DNA from: Parvularia atlantis
Lineage: Eukaryota
NCBI GenBank assembly: GCA_943704415.1
Contig: CALSCO010001704.1
Span: 1 to 33,919 of the forward strand
Length of the DNA: 33,919 nucleotides
Direction of reading: 5' to 3'
Positions within the stretch are counted from its first letter, which is position 1. Each line of letters begins with the position of its first letter. Under the pieces are notes generated by a model. It was not told the origin of the DNA and ran no database searches. It saw only the letters and a list, made by a program, of their open reading frames with translations. Positions 1 to 12,353 of this stretch are shown one piece after another. Both the position numbers and the translations under genes were made by a program.

Positions 1-64
1 GGGGGGGGGCGGCGCAGCGTCAGCTTGCAGAGTATGCGGAGAGGAGGCACGCGGCCCAGCGCAC

Positions 65-990
65 CCCATACACAGCTATGGAGGCGATGAACAACCAGGT
101 GGCGATGAACATGCCCCTGCGGACACGGGAGGGTGTCAGGTAGGCCCCAGCAGTGCCGCGCCGCGACTGGCGCACCAGTACTCGTTGTAGATGCGCGTTC
201 GCACGCGGTGCAGGCGGTACGCGAGCACAAAGACAGCCGCGACGAGGAGGATGACGTGGGCAAACTGCGTGGCGCGCGCGGCGCAGCTCAGCGACGGCGG
301 CAGCAGGGCGTGCGGGGTGCGCACCATGCCGTAGAAGTAGCGCTTGGGCAGGAAGCACAGGACCACCGAGTCGTTGACAAAATACGGCCCGAGCGCGCGC
401 AAGCCGGTGATGGCGCCGCAGTAGGCCAGGAACGGCGTCCACAGCACGAGCGGGAGGGTGTGCAGGCGCAGCGTCGTGGGCGGCTTGCGCTGGATGAGGA
501 TGACGTCGAGGCGCCACAACCGCGAGAACATCGCCGAGTACAGCGTGACAATGCTGCCGATCCAGAGCCACAGCGTCCACAGGTCGCACACTGCCGGAGG
601 GGGATAAAGAGCACGCTCAGCGTCGCCACGGCACCGCTGCGCGCGTGCACGCACGCCACAGGAACACCCCCGTCTGCGGGACGATCCGCAGCGTCGTCAT
701 CGTCGTGAACCTGACCCGCGGTGCGTCAGGGTCCCGGGCCCGCCCGGCCGTCCGCACGCGCGCGACGCACCAAAACAGTAGCGCCGAGAAGGTGATGATG
801 TTGACGAAGCCGACGCCGAGCACCTGCGCGCGCGGCCGCGCTCAGACGCGTCGACAACGGAGCGCGCGCACACCTTGACGTAGCGCACGTTGCGGTTGTA
901 GTTGAGCACGCCCAGCCCGGCCAGCGTTATGGCAGCAAACGCGGCGCCAAAGGCCACGACGCCCCTGTGTGTTGCGGCGCGCGGGCACAT
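65..990 (-). CDS. 7TM receptor-like membrane protein (AtRGS1-type 7TM / class C GPCR-like, no extracellular domain); 3'-partial, runs off the window start
   Basis: Exons 990-874, 823-771, 710-655, 590-325, 264-176, 116-65, all flanked by GT..AG introns; a sixth intron starts at 64 (branch CTGAC at 23-19) and is cut by the edge. Spliced product MCPRAATHRGVVAFGAAFAAITLAGLGVLNYNRNVRYVKVLGVGFVNII...WLCDLWTLWLWIGSIVTLYSAMFSRLWRLDVILIQRKPP...LPLVLWTP...LCF...LAYRLHRVRTRIYNEYWGMFIATWLF has about six hydrophobic segments, a Cys before TM3, a Cys in loop 2 and an NE motif before TM6. Confidence 0.7.
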
Positions 991-1246
991 GGCGGGACGG
1001 GGTGGCGTGGTTCGCGAGAAATCGTCAACAACACAGCGACGCGACGGCGCGCGTCAGCCGCGTTTCACATGCGCGGCCGCGGCCGCGCCCTCGCGCGCGC
1101 ACCATTCAACCGTCCACTGCGACGTCGACTGCACGGTCGACCACCCGCTCGGGAAGGGCTCGCTCAGCTCCGGGTAGCCCGGGTTTACTGGCCCGCCTGT
1201 CGCCATTTTCCAGTGGTCAACACAAAAACTTGAGTCCCCAGCGCGG

Positions 1247-2090
1247 TCACACAATGAGTTGGTCAGGCATCGGCACTGGCACGGGCGGCCGCGGCGGGGG
1301 CGGGGACGGGGGCGGGGGCGCGTCGACGTCGTACGCCATCAGCTCGCCCGAAAGGTACAGCAGCGTGATGCGGCAGCCGACGACCGCGCCCGACGCCGGC
1401 ACGCGCTGCACGACGACGTCAAGGCCTGCGGGGCCCGCGCGAGGTGAGCGAGGGACGGGCGGATCACGGGCGACGGCAGCGGCGCACCGCTCAGGATCGA
1501 GTGCGGGCACTGCGCCGGCAGTACGGTTGGGCCCCACGGACGGAGGCCGTAGCGCAGGCTGCCGCTCGAGGACGGCGTGACGGACCTGTGCGAGCGTGAG
1601 TGAGCACCTTTGCAGTGAGTCGCGCTGGGCGACGCGCACCGCACGAGCTCGAGCAGGACCACGTGCGACGCGCCCTGCGAGCCGACCACGAGCAGCGACA
1701 GCTCCGGCACGTACGCGTGCAGGCTCAGCCGGTGCCTCTGCTCGGCAAACAGGCCTTGGCCCACGTAGTCGCTGTACAGGCACACGGCCTGCGCGCGGCG
1801 TCCGGTGCGCGCGTCAGCACGCACACGCACACCCGCTGGCCGCGCACCACGACGCTGAGTGTCTTGCTAGCGAGCACCATGATGCTGTCGTTGGTCGTGT
1901 ACACGATCAGCAGCGCGTCCAGGTCCGCAGCAGCGGGCGCGCCGCCGGGCGGGGCTTGCGCGCTCTCGGTGCAAGCCGGGCGCGGCAACATCTCAAACAG
2001 CCGCCGCCCGTGCTCGCGCATGGCCGACGCGACGTCGCCGGGGGCCGCAGCACGCTCGAGCCGGTGTGCCCTCGCGCTGCCGTCGTGCCA

Positions 2091-2128
<38 letters not shown>

Positions 2129-3383
2129 CAACCGCTGCTGCGCCACCGTCATCCATGCTTGCGCCCCGGCCGCTGCTCGCGTCCTCGTCGGTCTCGTCGT
2201 CGTCGTCGCTCTGTCTGCTGCGCCGCCCGCGCGCCACGCGCCGTCTCGGCGGCAGCGACCTCGACGAGCCGCTGCTCCGCCGGCGCAGGTTGTGCGGTGC
2301 AGGCTCCTCAAAGTCGTCCAGCGCGAGCTGGTTGCGGTTGTAGTTGCCGCGCAGGAGCATGCCGTACACGACGAAGACGGGATTGTTGTCGGCCTCGGGC
2401 CTCGCCGAGCGCGCCGGCACGAAGCGCACGCCCCACCCCCTGCCGCGCCGTCGTGTGATTTGCACGTGCGCGCGGTGCACTGCTGGCAGCAGCAGCGCAC
2501 CACGCCCCCGACACGACGCGGCTGTAGCGCTTGCGATTGCGCAGGTCCCACAGCCGGCACGACTTGTCGATGCTCGCCGAGACGATGTAGTTGCCGCAGG
2601 GCGACACGTCTGCGCCGCCAGGTCAGACGTGGTCCGAGCGGAGGGGGGCGCGGCCGCACCGATCGACGGGATGTTGTTGGTGTGCCCAATCAGCTCACGA
2701 CCCAGCCCCACGTCGACGCCGTCGGTGCCAGTCAGGTCGATCAGGCGCACGCGGTGGCTGTTGGCGCTGACAGCGAGCAGGCGCCGCGCGGCGTTGAAGG
2801 CAATGCCCCAGGTGGACGAGCGGTTCCTGTGCGCGGCGCGGGCGAAGTCGGCGGATGGGGGGCAGCACACGACGAGGCAGCGCACACCGGAAGACGAGCG
2901 GCGGCCGGTCGAGATCGTCGGTGAAGTGCGCGACGACCGCGCCGCCCTCGTCCACCGACACCAGCGCCTCGTCGGACCCGAGCATGCCCGATCGCATGCT
3001 AGTGACGTTCTTTGCGCAGCGCGGGGCGGCGTTAGGCGGGAGGCGCGCGCGCGCGCGGGGGCATCGGGTCGGCCGTCGCACCTGCTCGTGCACGCGCAGC
3101 ACCCGCACCGGCGTCTCGCTCACGCCGCGCGGCCCCATCGCGTGCGCGAGGATGGCCGCGCCGCGCGCGACAAACAGCGCGGTGCCGTCGCGCGACGCCG
3201 CCAGCACGTTCATCGCCCCTGGTCGCGGTGCGGGGCGCTCAGGCACGCGGTGGCAGCAGCAGCAGCGGCGGCATCGCACGCACAGACAAAGACCTCGTCG
3301 TGCCCGTGCAGGCGCTGGCGCCACGCCGGCTGCGACAGGCCCGCGTCGTGCTCGTTGTCGCCGTCATGATGCCGCGCGGACAT
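1247..3383 (-). CDS. CRT10: CRT10-like WD40-repeat protein (putative cullin-ligase substrate receptor), 9 exons
   Basis: ATG at 3383 (MSARHHDGDNEH...VFVW|AMNVLAASRDGTALFVARG), TGA at 1249-1247. Blocks SSTWGIAF..RLLAVSANSHRV, GHTNNIPSIDVSPCGNYIVSASIDKSCRLWDLR, WGWGVRF and RLSLHAYVPELSLLVVGSQG match the motif order I recall for fungal CRT10-family proteins. The WD40 call is firm; the CRT10 subfamily call is from memory. Confidence 0.72.
2094..2126 (-). repeat. (GAC)11 coding microsatellite, poly-Asp in the CRT10-like protein
   Basis: Eleven perfect GTC units on the + strand, translating as GDDDDDDDDDDDE on the - strand. Confidence 0.95.
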
Positions 3384-3458
3384 GCTGGGATGCGGCCGAT
3401 TTGCGATCTTGGCCCGATCCAGTTCTCAGCGCTCCCGGCCACCTGCCCGCCCGCCGCG

Positions 3459-5489
3459 ATGGCAGCGAACGCGACCGCGAAAAAGCTGGAGGAGAAGCAC
3501 TCGGTGCGCGCGGCGCCCACGGCGCGCATGTGAGGCGCGCTCATTCGGCCCGCAGAAAATCCTGCACGAGCTGCTCAAGCAGCCGGCCAACAAGCGCTGC
3601 GCGGGTGCGACCGCGTGGCGCCGCTCGGGCGCGCGGTTGAGGGGGGCACTGACGCCGGGCGCGCAGACTGCACGGGCAAGGCGCGCCGCCGCACCGCGCC
3701 GCCGCGCCGCGCCATGCCACTGACCGCGGCACGCGCGCGCGCGCGCAGGCGCCCAACAACGTCGTCTTTCCGTACTGCACGTTTGTGTGCATGGTCTGCG
3801 CGGGCATCCAGTGCGTGGGGCGCGCGCGTGTGGGCCGCGGGGCGGCTGACGGACCGGGGGGTGCGCCCTCTGCAGCCGCGAGTTCAGCCACCGGATCAAG
3901 TCGATCGGCCAGGCCAACTTCACGCCGGACGAGATCAAGATGATCGAGGAGAGCGGCGGCAACGACAAGGCCAACGCCAAGTACCTCGCGCGCTGGGACG
4001 GCAGCCCGCCCGAGCCCCCGCAGACCGACAACAACGCCATCCGCGATTTCCTGAAGAAGAAGTACCAGGAGAAGCGCTGGGTCGCGCAGGAGCAGGTGCG
4101 CCGCGTGCTATTCCCCCCCCCCCTGGGCCGCACTGCCTGCGCACGCTCACGGCGCGGCGCTAGACCGCTCGCTACCCGTACGGCAACAATGCCGGCCCTG
4201 CATCCGCTGCGGCGCCCGTGCACGCGCAGGTGCGACCTCTCGCGGGCACCCGATGCGAGCACTGACGGTGGGCCGTCGCCAGGGCCGCGCCGCCGCCGCC
4301 GCCGCCGCCGTGGTGGCGAGCGCGCCCGCCCGCGTGAGCGCACCCGCACCCGCACCGTCGTTCGCGGCGGCGTGGGATGCACCGGCCCCAGCGGCCCCGG
4401 CTGCCAAGCCGTTTGAGGCGTTTGGTGCCGACTGGACGTCGTCTCCGCCGGCCCCGGCCGCCGCTGCCAAGCCGTTTGACGCCTTTGGCGCCGACTGGGC
4501 CTCGGCTCCGGCCGCGCCGGCCGCTGCGCCGGCCGCCAAGCCCTTCGACGCCTTTGGCGGCTCCGACTGGGCGTCTGCGCCGGCGCCCAAGCCGGCCGCG
4601 GCCACGTCGCTGCTGGACGACTTTGGCAGCTTCAGCACCAACGGCCCGAGTGTCGGCGGGACCGTGCACGCATCACCGTTCGCCAACCCGTTTGGAGCAG
4701 CAGCGGCGCCGCCAGTGGCGTCTGTGCCGAATCCGTTTGCCGCATCGCCGGCCGCGGCACCCCTGCCGGTCGCGTCTGCGGGCCTCCTAAAGCCGGACAC
4801 GCCGGCCGAGTCGGCGGCCAAGACGATCGCTGCCGCGCAGTATGCGGGTGCGTGCGCGCCGTGTGCTGCTCAGGGTGCGCGGCGTGCGAGGCTGACACGG
4901 TGCGCGCAGCCATGAGCAGCGGTGACCCGTACTCGGCCCTGCGTGACCTCAGCGGCCTGGCCGCACCTGAGCCGCAGCCCGCTCACAGCGCCTTTGGCAG
5001 CGAGCACGGTGCGGCCTCGATCTTCTCGTCTGTGGCGGCGGCAACGCCGTCGGCCCCGCCCGCCCACGCAGCCGCGGCGACGGTGCGTCTTGGACTGGCG
5101 CCGATCACGCTGCGGTGCTGACCTTTGCGCGCGCACACGGCAGCCCTTCGGCGCGCCTGCGCCGAGTGGCATCAACGGCTTTGGCGCGCAACCGCATGGC
5201 GCCTTTGCCGCCGCGCCCGCACACCCGGCCGCCGCCCCGGCCCCCGCGAACGCCGGCCCCGCTGGCTTTGGCGCGTTCCCCGGCGCGGCTGCTCCGACCC
5301 AAGGCAGCTTCTTTCCGCAGCAGCAGGCCGTCGCCAACCCGTTCGGCGCGCCCGCTCCCGCGCCCGGCGGCTTCCCCGGCGCGTTTGGCCAGCCCAACCC
5401 CTACGAGCAACCGCACGCGCAGATGGCCCCGGCGGGCTACCCGGGCGCCGCGGCCTTCTCACCGTACGGCCAAAACGCGGCCGCCTTTT

Positions 5490-5523
<34 letters not shown>

Positions 5524-5845
5524 CTTCCTCCCGCAGCAGCAGCAGTTCCAACAGCAGCAGGCCGCCGCCTTTGGGGCGCAGTTTGGCCATCAGCAGGCCC
5601 CGCCGCAGGCTGCCCCGCCCGTCGCCGCGCAGCCTTCCCCCGCCGCCGCCGCTGCTGCTGCCGCTGCCGCGCCCACAGGCAAGCCCAACCCGTTCCTGCA
5701 GCCCCAGGCCAAGACGAACGACGCGTTCGACTTCCTCAACCCGCTCGCGTCCGGCGGCGCCCCGGCCGCCGGCGCCTTCGCGAAGCCAGCCGCTGCCAAG
5801 CCGGCCGCCCCCGCAGCCGCGTTCTCAGGCAGCCTGCTTGACTAG
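3459..5845 (+). CDS. ArfGAP-domain protein of the AGFG/Hrb type with NPF/FG-rich low-complexity tail, 9 exons
   Basis: Exons 3459-3503, 3556-3604, 3667-3680, 3749-3810, 3876-4095, 4164-4229, 4283-4847, 4910-5082, 5144-5845. Splicing reconstitutes an exact CX2CX16CX2CX4R zinc finger (CADC-TGKAPNNVVFPYCTFV-CMVC-AGIH-R), followed by REFSHRIKSI..ANFT..E, GGN..A...YLA and FLKKKYQEKRW. The tail has DPYSALRDL and several NPF motifs. Confidence 0.92.
4400..4576 (+). repeat. Three imperfect tandem coding repeats, AAKPF(E/D)AFG(A/GS)DW(T/A)S, in the ArfGAP tail
   Basis: gccaagcc(g/c)tt(t/c)ga(g/c)gc(g/c)tttgg...gactgg occurs three times at roughly 60-70 nt spacing. Confidence 0.9.
5492..5521 (+). repeat. 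(CAG)10 coding microsatellite, poly-Gln in the ArfGAP tail
   Basis: Ten perfect in-frame CAG units (FYQQQQQQQQQQH). Confidence 0.95.
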
Positions 5846-6093
5846 GTGAGTGAGCGTGTCCTGTGTCCTGTTGTCTGTTGGCACACACTCATCTTTTTTT
5901 TTGGGGGGGGCCCGCACGTTGTGGTACACACTGCAGTCTGCCGAACGCCGAACGCTCAAACGGATACGTACGAGGGAAAGACACAAGGAGGGTAGGGGTG
6001 CGTAACCGAGACAAACTGCAAACATGGAGAGACGAGCGCGGGAGGAGACAGTGCTGCAGCGCATCTTGACGGGCCTGGCGACCCGCGGCTCGC

Positions 6094-7642
<1,549 letters not shown>

Positions 7643-7951
7643 ATTCAAGCGGGCAGGGGGGGCTGGCGGAGAGGACGACGGCGAGGGGGGGCTCGCGGCC
7701 TGGCGCGCGTGATCTCTTTAGGTGGCGCGCGCCGTGTGGCGAAAAAAACGACAGCCACGCGTGCTGCCATGGGGCGCGACGGCACCTCCCCGCACGCCCA
7801 CCCGCGCGCGCGCAAGCGGCGGCGAGGAGCGGGCGGGCGGCCGCCGGCCACGCGACGCAGAGGGGGGACGAGAGCGGGCAGAGGCGGGGGGCGCGCGCCG
7901 GGTGAGAGAGCAGGTGAGGAGGGGGCACAAACACGTACAGACACCAGCTGT

Positions 7952-8050
7952 CCATCCGCGGGCGTGCCATCCGCGGTGCGCGGTGCCGCGGGCCATCCGC
8001 GCGCATCCACGCGCGCATCCATGCCCATCCACGCGCTGGACGGTGCATCC
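7952..8050. repeat. Cluster of seven CATCC/GGATG pentamers upstream of PP1
   Basis: CATCC begins at 7953, 7968, 7994, 8004, 8016, 8026 and 8046, mostly in the context (C/G)CATCC(G/A)CG, in the non-coding gap between the ERMP1-like stop and the PP1 start. Confidence 0.8.
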
Positions 8051-8138
8051 CGTCATGCGGCACTAGTACACTGAGCGGGCGCGGGGGCGGGAGGCACGCG
8101 CGCGGGCGGTGCCCAAACAGGAAGGTCGGCGGAAGGGG

Positions 8139-11100
8139 TCAGAACGAGCCTGTCTGCTTGAGCGCAATCGGGCCCGGGTTGTTGCTCTGCGTCGCGCGGC
8201 AGCGTCAGGCGGCCGGATCAGGCGGCCGAGGGGGGCGCGACGTGCCTTGCCCCACACTTGCGTCCACGGCGGCAGGTCGGCGATGATGTCGCGCTGCTGT
8301 GGCGTGAGCGCGTAGTGGCTCGACCAGAGCTCGTACAGCACGACCGGCTGCGAGCGAGGCGTCACGCGCACGGCACAACGGCGCGGCTGCGCACCGGCCC
8401 GCTGGTCGATCGAAACGTGAGCGTGAGGGCGTACGCGTCCGTGCGCGCGCGCCGGACGATGGCGTACGAGTCGCGCACAAAGTACTCGCCCACGTACGCG
8501 CCCTGCGCCTTGGGCGGCACGGGCGCCTCCAGCGACCTGGGGCAGCGTGAGACATCAGTCGACAGACTCGCGCGCGAGCGCGCCCACCACTCAGCCAGCT
8601 CCACGTCCACGCCGCCAAACTTGAACACGGACGCCGCCGCCGCCGGCGCCGAGACGATCAGGCGCACGACGGTCGCGTTGCTGGTGTCGGTGCGCTCTGC
8701 GCGTGCGCGCGTCGGTGCACGGTGGCGGGTCCGCGACGAGGGGGCCGCCGCACCGAGCACGGTGAGCGACGGCATCGTCGGCATGGTGATGTTGACGATG
8801 TCGCCGATGAAGCACGCGCCGTCAGTGTAGACGTAGCCGTACGTGGGCACGAGGCACTTGCGCCACAGGCCCGTGTTGTAGACCTCCATGCCGTTTGTGA
8901 CCTGCACCCGCACGCGTGCTCGCGTCAGCGGCCGCGCCCTGTGCCGGGTGCCGGGTGCCCGCACGCACCTGCTCCAGCGAGCCCGGGTTGGGCGCGGACA
9001 GGGTCAGGAGCGTCACGCCCTGGCCGGTCGAATTGACCTCGTGGTAGAAGATGACGTCGACGCGGCGCGGCTGCGTGCGGCCTGTGTGAGCTGCGGCACG
9101 CATGCGCAGACGCAGGGGTGCGCACCCGCTCATTGCTGTACGGGAAAAGCACGATGCCGACGATGAAGGCGACCATGCCGACCACGATCAGGAACATGAC
9201 TAGCCAGGCGTGCTGGCGCATGCGCTGCACGAGCGGCAGCCACGGCGACAGCAGCAGCACGGCCACGAAGCCTGAAGCCGCGGCGCCGTGAGCGGGCGCT
9301 CGTTTTCGCGGCCGCTGCACGCAGGCGCAACGCACCCATAAACAGGCCCCAGAACATGCCCAGCGAGAGCGCGTCGTTGGCAAAGCCAAGGCGCCCGAGC
9401 TGCGGCGTGATGCCGAGCACGAAGCGGTAGGCCGCATCCATTGTCAGCCTGCACCCACAGCTCAGCCGGCCAGCGGCGGCGGCCCTCCCACACGCGCGCA
9501 CAGCGAGGGGAAGCACGTCCAAATGACGTAGAACACGCCGATGGCGCCGATGTCCCACCAGGTCACCTTGGTCTAACATGGCGCGGCGGGACACGGTCAG
9601 CACTGCGCCGTACGCCACACCGCCCACCGACCTCGCGCTCGGCGGCCGTGAAGATGCTGCTCTCGTACACCTCGTAGCGGCGGTTGCTGTGCACGGCCAC
9701 GGCTCAGCCGCGCGCACGCACGTGGCATGCGGCTCGCACAGGTAGTCGTCGAGCGTGTAGTCCTCGGACTTTTTGCGCTCGCGCCAGTTGCGCACGGCGA
9801 GGTAGACGATGGCGAAGAGGCTCGCAAAGTTGAAAAAGACGCACCTGCGGCCCCGCGCCCCGCGCCCCGCGTCGCTGTGAGGCCGCGATGCCGGCTGCCG
9901 CGCCCGCGCACCACCAAAACAGCAGGTACGCTGTGCCAAACTCGAGCAGGGTGAGCGAGCCGAGCAGGACAAACTGCACAAAGTTGACGCAGATGATCGT
10001 GAAGAACTGGCGCGACACGCACATTCAGCCCACCGCGCGGCCACAACACGCCTACCTCAATCGGCATCATCGGGCCCTTGTAGTCGTCGGCGAGCATCCT
10101 GGCGGTGCACTGCGCAGCCCGTGAGCGTGCACGGAACCACGCGCAGCCGGTTCGGGCGCGCGCACGCTGCTGGTCAGGCCGCCGTGTGCTGCGAGGAAGA
10201 TGGCCATGATTGGCATCGCCCACACAGCCATGCCGAACGCGGCCATCGGCAGGTAGCCGTACCAGACGAACGTGTTGATCTGCTCGAGCAGGAGGCTGGA
10301 CGCGCGCGCACGCGTGAGCGGCCACAACGGGCACATTCGTGCGTTCGTGCACACCCAAACGCGCCCGGGAGAGTCACGCCGAAGAAGAGCGCGATGAGCA
10401 GCGCAAAGAGCGTCGACGTGAGCATGATCATCGTGTTGACGGCACGCGCGCGCGACGGCACGGGCGCCTGGTGGCAGCGTTGGTGTGTGCGCGCGTGTAC
10501 GGTGACCGCGCACACGGCACCTGCATTTGGTACATGACCGCGGCGATGATCGACGCCAGCGCCGACGTCAGCACGGCGGCTGTGCACGCCCTCAGTCAGC
10601 CCACGAGCGAGCCGAGCGATGCGTGCCGGCTGCTACCGAGCGCAATGCCGTCCGCGGTCTGCTGCCCGTACGTCACAACGGGGCCGAGCAGGATGTCGTA
10701 GAAGGTCGCCGTGACCTTGTTGCGCCCGATGGGTTGCGGCAGCTGCGCGTACTCTGGCGCGTCGAGCACCCTGCGCCAGCGTCAGCCGCGTGCGGGCACG
10801 CGCTCAGGCAACGCACTGCAGCGTGTACTGCAGCGTGTTCTCGCCCATCGCCTGCAGTGTCCCAGTCTCGTAGTCGGCCAGCGCGTCCAGGCCGGTGTGG
10901 TAGGTCCAGTCGTTGCGGTACCTGGCGTGCGGGGGCGCGGTCAAGGCCCGCCGGACGCGCGCAACCACCCGCTGCATACAGATCGATGTCGATGCCGGGC
11001 AGGCTGTCACGCGCAAACAGCTCGTAGTTGGTCCTGCGTCCGCGTCAGCGCCCTACGTGGCACGAGCCAGTGCCACATTACCCCGACGGCAGGTACGCAA

Positions 11101-12329
11101 ACAGGTCGGCCGCTGTGACGGACGCCTCAGGGTAGCGCGCAGACGAGCCGTAGACGCGCGCGAGCCAGTCGGTCTCCGGGCCGACCTGCGTCAGCAGCGC
11201 GCGTCCCCAGCCGCCGTTCGAGTCTGCGCGGGGCGGGCAGCGTCAGTGGCAGCACGTGGGGCGCGCGGGGGCGTCGGCCGCACCTAGGTTGACGTAGGTG
11301 CGCACGGTCGAGTACCACTCGTGCGACATGAAGGCGTCGGCCCCGAGCAGGCCGGCCTCCTCGGCATCGTCAAACAGCACGATGACCGAGTACGGCAGCG
11401 GCGCCGCGCTCTTCTGCGCCTGGCGCGCGAGCAGGTTGGCGATGACCTCGAGGGCGACGGCGACGGCGGCGGCGTTGTCGGACGCGCCCGGCGAGAAGGC
11501 GACCGAGTCGTGGTGCGCCGACATCATGACGGCCGATGTGAGGTCTGCGCCGCGCACGCGCGCAAGCACGTTCTGCAGGTTGCTGTAGTAGAACACAGAC
11601 GGGCTCTGCGCGCCTCGTCAGTCCCGCGAGCGCGCAACCGCGGCGGCGCACCCCGGGGTCGCCAAAGGAGCCCTCGGCCGTCTGCAGCTCGACGTCGAGC
11701 GTGTCGGCGCCGTACTGCTCCTGCAGCGCGCGCAGCCGTCCTAGCAGGTACTGCGCCGTTGCGTTGCCGGCCGGGCGCATGGTGAGGCGGCCGACGATGT
11801 TTGCGTTGCCGAACGCGTCCGTGCCGTTGGCCCCGGCGACGGCGATGGCGACCAGGTCGGCGAGGGTGGCATAGGCGCGGACCTCGCTGAAGTCGGTCGG
11901 CGGGGCGTCGGCCGGCGCGGCGGCCGGGAGCGAGTGCCGCTGGTTGAGGTCAACGGCGATGTAGAGCGCGGAGAGGTAGAGCATGACAGCGAGGTAGACG
12001 GCGAGGGCCTCGCGCAGCATCTTGCGCTGGCGCGGCGTCATGCGGAAGTAGCGCAGGAACAGGTCCCACCACGACAGCGGCTCGGCGTCCTCCAGCGTTG
12101 ACGGCCGCCCGGCGTCCGCGTCGGCGTCGGCGTCGGGCGGCGGGGCCTTCTTGTGCCCAAACGTGCCCGTGCCGCTCTCGAGGTCCTTCTTGCCGTCCAT
12201 GTACACAGTCGGGATCTCGTCGTCGTACGTGTCCACGGCCTTGGCCGGCAGCCCGTAGCCGTACACGCCGCCGCCGTCGTCGTCGTCGCCGCCCTCAGAC
12301 AGCAGCGGCACCTTTGACGGGCCTGCCAT
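8139..12329 (-). CDS. ERMP1: M28-family multipass membrane metallopeptidase (ERMP1/Fxna/Pff1-like), about 22 exons
   Basis: N-terminal cytosolic tail and one TM, then FSEVRA, YSNLQNVLARV, SAHHDSVAFSPGASDN, FDDAEEAGLLGA, VNLDSNG, PSGTNYELF, PGIDI..YRNDWTYHT..D and GTLQAMGEN (M28 zinc-ligand motifs). Multiple TM helices, PYSNERPRRV and a lumenal C-terminal domain ending LPPWTQVWGKSNNPGPIALKQTGSF* follow (TGA 8141-8139). Confidence 0.9.
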
Positions 12330-12353
12330 GGCTGTGTTCGCTTTAATGACACC

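Noticed and set aside
1283..1320. G-quadruplex-like G-run cluster
   Set aside because: It is explained by the poly-Pro codons (PPPPSPPPPRPP) of the CRT10-like C-terminus on the opposite strand.
4400..4576. Spaced direct repeats as a possible CRISPR-like array (also 22611-23150)
   Set aside because: The units are degenerate at synonymous positions, in frame within eukaryotic exons, and there are no cas genes; they are protein repeats.
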